A stretch of DNA of 64,000 nt from Balanoglossus misakiensis (Eukaryota > Animalia > Hemichordata), in assembly GCA_040954595.2 (NCBI GenBank), contig CM082583.2:3419060-3483059 (forward strand), written 5' to 3'. Under the pieces are notes generated by a model that worked only from the letters and a program-made list of their open reading frames with translations, made no database searches and was not told the DNA's origin. Every line of letters starts with the position of its first letter. Position 1 is the stretch's first letter. This document shows positions 1-64,000 of the stretch, piece by piece. The position numbers and the translations under genes are program-made.

Positions 1-172
1 GGGTATAACACGGGCAGTATTAGTCACTAAGACAAATGCACTTTGTACCACTCTGTTTGGCCATCACAGCACTACATGCAACTCTTTCATACACAGATAT
101 AATAGGATTTGGCCGATGTAAAAATAAGTGTATTTGCTTTTAGACTAGAAAAGTTATCTACACGTAGTCTGT

Positions 173-57471
<57,299 letters not shown>

Positions 57472-58440
57472 AGTGTTAGAAGAAGGCGAGAAATTCTTCA
57501 AAACAGCGATAGACACCCTGTCTGATCACTTGGACAGCCGTCCATTTTGCAGTCATATTATCCCAGAATTCACTGTGGTTTGCAAAAACTGAAAATGTTT
57601 TCAGATGTGAATTCGGGTGAAAACAGTTTTCAGATTCAAACGTCGGATTTACGGAAATAAATAGCACCCCCAAAGATTACATTGTATCATGTTGGCAATT
57701 TTTCAGAGACTGGGCTATATATAAAGGGGGAAACTTCACCAGCCCATTTCTTGGGTTTTATTATCCTGCCAGTTCAATGTCAGTATTAAATATAATTATT
57801 ACAAATATTTTGTTTTACATTAGGGCTTAAAGTCTTTACAGAGATAGTACATGAGCATGCAGAGAAAGGGTTTATAGCTCATTGCTGAATACTATGGAAA
57901 GTGAGCTTTATATCTGCTTTGGTTTTGTCTTATAATTACCATGAGGACAATTTTAAAAATAAAAAGATTTATGAAATGAATTCATTTCATATTCTGCCTC
58001 AATATTATAGGAAAGCTGGGTATTTTGTAAATTATCAAGTGTCAAAATACCTCAATATTACACATACTGATGAAAAATAGCACAAAAGAACAAGGCAAAT
58101 TATTGTTTTGTTTTTATTAATCAATATATCTTGATTCCGTTTTTAATTCTTTATATGATTCAACCCCTAGGACTCAGGAATTAGGCTTAACCCTGGCAGC
58201 TCAGTTCTTGATAAGTATATGAAAACTTTCAGTAAAATCACACACTGGGACCCATCGGTTCATCATCTTATCAAGTGATGGATCATCTGAACTTTGTTAC
58301 AAATCCGAAGCGATCTAAATGTTATCTACCCTCACGTGAGCTCTTTGAGGTGAAAGGTCAAAAGGAAAAGTTCACGATATCAGCAGTTTGAGGAAGACGC
58401 GCGTAGGATTGCGTGCTGCTAATTTTTGGTTTCAGGTAAG
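57472..58440. promoter_or_regulatory. Probable shared divergent promoter region of DMXL (-) and PHAX (+); candidate PHAX non-coding first exon ending at 58435
   Basis: Head-to-head gene orientation; CpG-richer flanks; strong donor CAG|gtaagt at 58435/58436. Confidence 0.5.
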
Positions 58441-58984
58441 TTACTGAGAAATGTTGGACGCAGAGTAGACAAAGAAATAACGACTGTTGACATGTGACAT
58501 TTTCGCGGCATATGCAGCTTCAGGTAATTTTGTGTACACTTGTCGAACCTTTGACTTGACATTGTTTTGACAATGACTTCAGAACACAGACCTGTTCCCG
58601 CAGCTCGAGGTTTTGCTTTGGTTTGTTTGCTAGACGGCAAAACCAGACGCCGTCTAACACACAAACCGAGGCAAAACCTCAAGCTACTGAACTGCAGCTA
58701 AACATAGATATTTATCGCAGTTTCCTCCACTTTCCTAACTTTGCAACGTCCGAGCGCGAGGCTGCAGGCACCCCCATGCTCGAAATAAAAATCCTCGAGA
58801 TTCCCGTGTGATGATATGATGGCCATGAACGTACCACAGATCACGGTCACTCCACACCGTGCACAGATGAATAGACTAAAGGGGAGGGTGTATGTCCGCA
58901 TTTTGTAGACTTGTCATTGACTACATACTTGTCTTTCGACCAGAAAATCATTGTAATTTATAGGGTAAAACCACGGTAAAACAA

Positions 58985-59105
58985 AAAAATGCAAGTATGG
59001 CCAGGTAGAATTTCTGAGGGACTAAAGAAATTTTGGAGGACTACATGTAAATTAAATTTAGATCTTAGTCCCTCAAAAATTCTACCTTGCCATATCTGCA
59101 TTTTT
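58985..59105. repeat. Inverted repeat (MITE-like) in the first intron region of PHAX
   Basis: ATGCAAGTATGGCCAGGTAGAATTTCTGAGGGACTAA vs TTAGTCCCTCAAAAATTCTACCTTGCCATATCTGCAT. Confidence 0.65.
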
Positions 59106-59366
59106 CTTTGACCTGATAAATCTCATAATCGATATGAGTATGACTGAATTATCACTAGCCAGTATGATACACCACTGGCCCAACAAATATTCACCAATGT
59201 CAGTGGTGAGAATAATATCCAGTATAGGACTGATGAGAACAATTTATAGAATTTCAAGATTTCTGAAATTTAAAAAAAAAAATTTGCTTAGAGGGCACAC
59301 TTATTTAATACCACAATGTGTTTTCATTTTCTTCCAGATGTGGTACTAGTAATTCGTGATCAAATC

Positions 59367-60146
59367 ATGGAAGGTAAATTTGAATATCGAGATGACAAGC
59401 AGTTCCATTATTCAAGTGGAGAAGATGACAGCTCCTTTTCTGGAGTTGAAAGCAGTGATGATGATGAGACACCATGGAAACGACAAAGGCAGGACAACGT
59501 TGCTCAAATCCGAGGAGATGGTCAGTCAGTCAAGCAATCGGCCAGTCAGCCAAATAGTAGAGAAACAGAAAAGAGTGGAAAAGAGACTGATAAATCAGCA
59601 GGCAGAGGGGAACGTACGAAGCCAAAAGCATTTAATAAGATTTGGACCTCAGTTCTCCAAGGACAGAATGAGCACGAAGTTGAACGCGACATGAACAATT
59701 TAGATCCTTCAGCAGTTGTGACAGAACGGGATGTTGAGAGCTATAAATTTAAATTTTCATCTGACAGTCACAGTCACAGACCCAGAGAATATAAAGAATT
59801 CAGAGAACATAGCAGGGCATCTGATCGTCAACATGGTCGGCAATATGGACGTGAAAAGAGAAAACGAGCGGTCAAGGAGAGGCTTGGTAGTCATAGTGTG
59901 AAAGAACGTCTAGGTAGACCACACGTTAGAGACAGGTTAGGCAATAGAAACAATTATTACACTGTGCCCATTGGAGTGAATGAAGACCATGATCCTGAGA
60001 CAGTGGCACAAGAAATAATTAAACGATTGGATGAAGGAAAGATTGATCTGATACGAAAAATTGTTGAAGTTGTTGGCAACAAGAAAGCACTGCAACTTCT
60101 ACGCGAGACAGAGGAAGTGGAACACACTGGAGGAATGATGACACAG
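59367..60146 (+). CDS. PHAX: PHAX (phosphorylated adaptor for RNA export) coding exon 1
   Basis: SSDDDETPWKRQRQ, NKIWTSVLQGQN, RDVESY and RLDEGKIDLIRKIVEVVGNKKALQLLRETEEVEHTGGM match PHAX. Acceptor at 59338, ATG 59367, donor CAG|gtaaga. Confidence 0.9.
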
Positions 60147-60470
60147 GTAAGAGGAGGGTCATGTGTTTTGAGTGAAAATGAAAATCTTTTCAAAATCAAT
60201 TGTGTATACTTACCAAATATTCATTGCTTTCTTTGAAAATATATGGTAGGTTGCCCATGTAATGCTGAAGCAAGCCTTGTAAAACAGTGGAGAGCAGCAT
60301 ACAATACCATTTCACCATCCTTTGTACAGGAGATGCAGTCTTGTACATGTATGTTGCAACTTTTGCCGTGTTTGATACATCATACATGTACACGTATGTG
60401 CAAATATCCTGTATTTATTTTGATATTTAGGCAGCTTGATTCAAATTATATCTTATCAAATATCTTGTAG

Positions 60471-60758
60471 GATGGTTCCAGAAGAAGACAGCCGGGTGGT
60501 GTTTATCTGACAATTTTGAAATCTGATGTTGACATATCCAAAGAACAACTTGGCGCCATCAATGAATTCAGCAAAAAGATGGAAAATCAAAACAAAAAGA
60601 AAGCAGAGAAAAGGCGGCGGTATTTACAGGGCAAGAGGTTTAAACAGCAGTTGCAGAAGGAAAAAGATGCAGACAACGGTGGAATGGTTGATAAAGAAAC
60701 GGAATCGGTCGGAACAAGTATGAATGTGGATGTTACAGAAGTGGAATTATCACATTAG
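60471..60758 (+). CDS. PHAX: PHAX coding exon 2 (DGSRRRQPGGVYLTILKS... stop)
   Basis: tag acceptor; RNA-binding-domain signature GSRRRxPGGV; TAG at 60756-60758. Confidence 0.9.
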   Translation, partial: DGSRRRQPGGVYLTILKSDVDISKEQLGAINEFSKKMENQNKKKAEKRRRYLQGKRFKQQLQKEKDADNGGMVDKETESVGTSMNVDVTEVELSH

Positions 60759-61959
60759 GCAAACAAGGTGTTGAAGTAGAATGTGATGTTGTAAAACAGG
60801 GGGAAGAAGTTAATATATAAGAGGAAGGAGAACTTCTTGGAAATGAGGATGAAAATATGGAATTAGGAGTACATGTATTTGTAAAAGTGGAGGGAGAAAC
60901 TATGGATTGAAAACATTGTGTGAATTGAATTTCCGAGAGTACAAATCCTATTCAAAGTTGGATTTTTTTGTTTTGTAATTCCATGATTTATTTTACAGCA
61001 GAATGTACATTTTCTGACAGGAAGTCTTGGCTTTTGAGAAATGTTCATATCAATGATACCATGTTATCTGTATTTGTATGAAACTGCCTGCCTGAAAAGG
61101 TTTAAAAACTAGTTGTATCTCAAGTAAGGCAAGCCTCAGATGGGTTGACTTAGTTACTCATCTTTGTTGTTAAAAATATGAATCATGCATCATAACTAGA
61201 GATAGATTGCATAGAAACACGAAGTTTACATTTGAACATTTTGAATTTAAAGGGCAATGTTTGCCAGATTTGATTTATTTCCATATTGAAACAAAACACA
61301 GAATCAGTCAATCAACAGAAACAAAACAAAAACTCCCACCCGAATATGCCTGCTTCAGACATTTCCCTATTTATATGCATATTTGTCAATGACTGAAGAG
61401 GTTATTTGATTAATCATTATGTCAAATCTGAAGATTGAAAAATGTACTTTGAAGTTGTTTTCATATTATCAAATATGCAGGCATGGAGCAAGGAGTTTAA
61501 ACTGCTCACCAAATCTGCCAGGCTACGGCCATCAAGTGGTTGAATTTGGAGAATACAGTGCATGGTTATATTCCATAGCCTTACATGTAGAATTTTGAGA
61601 AAACATTTGCAATTTTGTCATTTTCTTCAAATGTTCACAAAAAGTGCCAAAAAAGGAGTATTATCAAATGATGAAAAGAAAACAATGTGCCACCATGTTT
61701 AATTTTTTGACAGAGCTGTTCAGATATTTTCACCATAGGAAAAGTGCTGACTAGGCAATCTTGCATGATGTACGTACAGATAGTGATATACCATGGCCGT
61801 GTCATTGTTTGGTGTTCACCAAACCATTAAATTTCTGTTAGAAAATCACATTTTTAGAAGGATGTGCAAACCGAGCTGAGAGTTAGAAAGGTGCTTTATC
61901 AGTATTGAATGTTAGTTGATCTGATTTGGCCTTTGATGAAATCGGGAAACAGAAATGGT

Positions 61960-62125
61960 TTGATGTGCGCCCTCAACGATGGTAATTACTAGAAGTCAAA
62001 ATGGCTGCGCCCATGAATCAAGAAGTGGCATGGTGCTCAAAGTAGATACCAGCGCAGGTGATCAGGACCGACATATTTTTGCCCGATAATCTAGGTACAG
62101 ACGAGTGTGTAGTCAAACACGGTAT
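61960..62125 (+). promoter_or_regulatory. Probable ELP1 promoter / non-coding first exon
   Basis: AAAATGGCTGC (YY1-like) at ~61998; donor ACG|gtatgt at ~62121; acceptor aacag at 62682 just before the ATG. Confidence 0.45.
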
Positions 62126-62385
62126 GTTAGCTGCCTTTTTACTCCATGTATTACACAAGTACGACGATCGACATTTCCAGCCGAACATTTATTTATGATT
62201 TGGATTCCACCAGCAAGCAGGCCAGCAATCATTGCATTTGCATTGCAACTACTATTTTAACCGTGCCGACCGGTGCTTCAGACGGTGAATCTGCAGTGGA
62301 CGCTTTTACACCATCGCGAAGCGATCGTATCTCGTGCCTTTGTCAATGATTGTAACCACAGCCTCTGTTGCCTGTGATTGTAACA

Positions 62386-62458
62386 CTGCGTACAGGTCTG
62401 TGTGTTCCCGGCGTTACACGGCCTCCACCACGCCGGGAACACACAGACCTGTACGCAG
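62386..62458. repeat. Perfect 29-bp stem with 15-nt loop
   Basis: 62386-62414 is the exact reverse complement of 62430-62458. Confidence 0.85.
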
Positions 62459-62694
62459 AGCCACAATGGTTGTAGCGGGTGCGCGTTTGGGCGGGGGGGG
62501 GGGGGGGGGGCTGATTCAGCGGCCCCTCCCCCAACGGTACAGCTGCGTACCACAGCTAGTGCTGCTACTGCTAGGTTGACCTGCACTGGCTGTGCTGCAT
62601 TTGATTCTCTCATAGAGAATCTTGAACTTGTAACTAATTTCTTTATCTATTAACTAGTTTCTTTATCTATTTGTTTGAACAGTTACATTTAAAG

Positions 62695-62844
62695 ATGAGA
62701 AATTTAGAATTGCGCCAGAGTGACTGCATCAGTGGATTCACTGAGCTGTACTGCGTACAGTGTATGACAGTGGATTGCGACACTGGACAAGTTTTTGTGG
62801 CAACATCAAAGGGCATTGTGGGACTGGACCCACGTGAACAACAG
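62695..62844 (+). CDS. ELP1: Elongator complex protein 1 (IKBKAP) coding exon 1
   Basis: MRNLELR... resembles ELP1 MRNLKL...; donor CAG|gtagtg. Confidence 0.88.
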
Positions 62845-62873
62845 GTAGTGTAGTGCTGATGGCACATCCTTTA

Positions 62874-63004
62874 TAAAACACCCCAGCCATGGTATACCAC
62901 TCGATTTTGACCAGTTCACGACATATACGCACGAGCGATAGCGAGTGCGTATATGGAGTTGAACTGGTCAAAATCGAGTGGTATACCACGGCTGGGGGTG
63001 TTTT
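62874..63004. repeat. Palindromic hairpin element in ELP1 intron
   Basis: AAAACACCCCAGCC.TGGTATACCACTCGATTTTGACCAGTTCA arms around GCGATAGC. Confidence 0.8.
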
Positions 63005-63384
63005 ATTGCTATTATATTATGCCAGTATATTAAAACTTTGCATAAAACATTTTAAAAAGACATTTTCTTTGACTATGATATATGACTGTGGTATATGGCT
63101 AATATATCACAGTCACGTGTCGTGTCTCGACCAATAAAATAGCGTGATTTACACCATCAATATACTGGTATAATATAATGTATTTTAGAAGAGTACATGT
63201 ATGTTTATACTGAAGCATATGTATTTTTTGTTTGCAGGACCTTGAATTCTACACCTGAGTAAAAGCTACAAAATTTATATTGCCAGAAAGACCCCCCCCC
63301 CCCCCCCTGGCTATATTAAAAGGCACAAGTTTATACGTAACGTCTGTATTGAAATGTGATAACACAATATATTGTGCCTTTCAG

Positions 63385-63537
63385 ATTACTCTAAATGTGT
63401 CACTTGTGGATGAAGCATTCTTGTCCCCAGATGGAAGTGGTCGCATTGTAGGAATTCAATACTTACCCGATCAACAATCTGTTTGTGTTGCCTCTCAACA
63501 AGGTGATGTGATACTCTGTGACTGTACAACTCAGCAG
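63385..63537 (+). CDS. ELP1: ELP1 coding exon 2; gene continues beyond window
   Basis: [44 protein letters not shown] closely matches ELP1; cag/gtaaac. Confidence 0.92.
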
Positions 63538-64000
63538 GTAAACCCCAAACACTTAGATAGAATAAATGTTAAAATTATATTGACATGTCATCTTTATTTG
63601 AAAGTACCAGTCATTGTTAGGTTTGTGTAGATGTGTTTCGTTGATGCTGCATTGCAAAATTGAAGGAACCAGTTGGGAATGTGGTCAGTCTGTGTATGTG
63701 TAGGTTTCAAATTTTAGAACTTTTTGTGTCATGTTTGCTACTCTGAAGTCAGTCTTGTTGCATCAATTCTATTTTATAGGGTACTTTATGTTTTAAAAGT
63801 CCTACGATCCCCCTTTGCATCTAATCCTCAATTTGCTGATCACATTCAGATAGCATAAACATATTTTCCTTGAATTTCACTCTCAGTCATCACCTTTCTA
63901 CCAGGCTATATGAGAATTGATGATTTCAAATTAACCATCAATTTGCGACACCTTGACAGTATTATTCCACTCTCATCAGTATGTGTTGTGTATACATTTC

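Noticed and set aside
59316-59366. Upstream ATG 59316 as the PHAX start
   Set aside because: It lies within the polypyrimidine tract before the acceptor at 59338; ATG 59367 has better context.

Overview
AT-rich, intron-rich animal genomic DNA; the repeat content suggests a marine invertebrate, but the taxon cannot be established from this window. Most of the window (173-57471, minus strand) is one complete DmX-like / Rabconnectin-3 alpha (DMXL1/2) gene. I reconstructed it as 33 phase-consistent coding exons (9816 nt, about 3271 aa), including one GC-AG intron. Intron 17 holds a structurally complete 5.4-kb DIRS1-type tyrosine-recombinase retrotransposon (27443-32817) with perfect 125-bp inverted terminal repeats (ITRs), an internal complementary region (ICR), gag, RT-RNaseH-methyltransferase and tyrosine recombinase (YR) ORFs. 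Its coding layout is the most unusual thing here: the YR frame continues gag directly after a single TGA, and pol has no early ATG and one in-frame TGA. Divergently on the plus strand lie PHAX (59367-60758) and the first two coding exons of ELP1 (from 62695). Introns carry many MITEs (Kolobok-, Harbinger- and Tc1-type ends), hairpin elements and two oppositely oriented CAT/ATG microsatellites.
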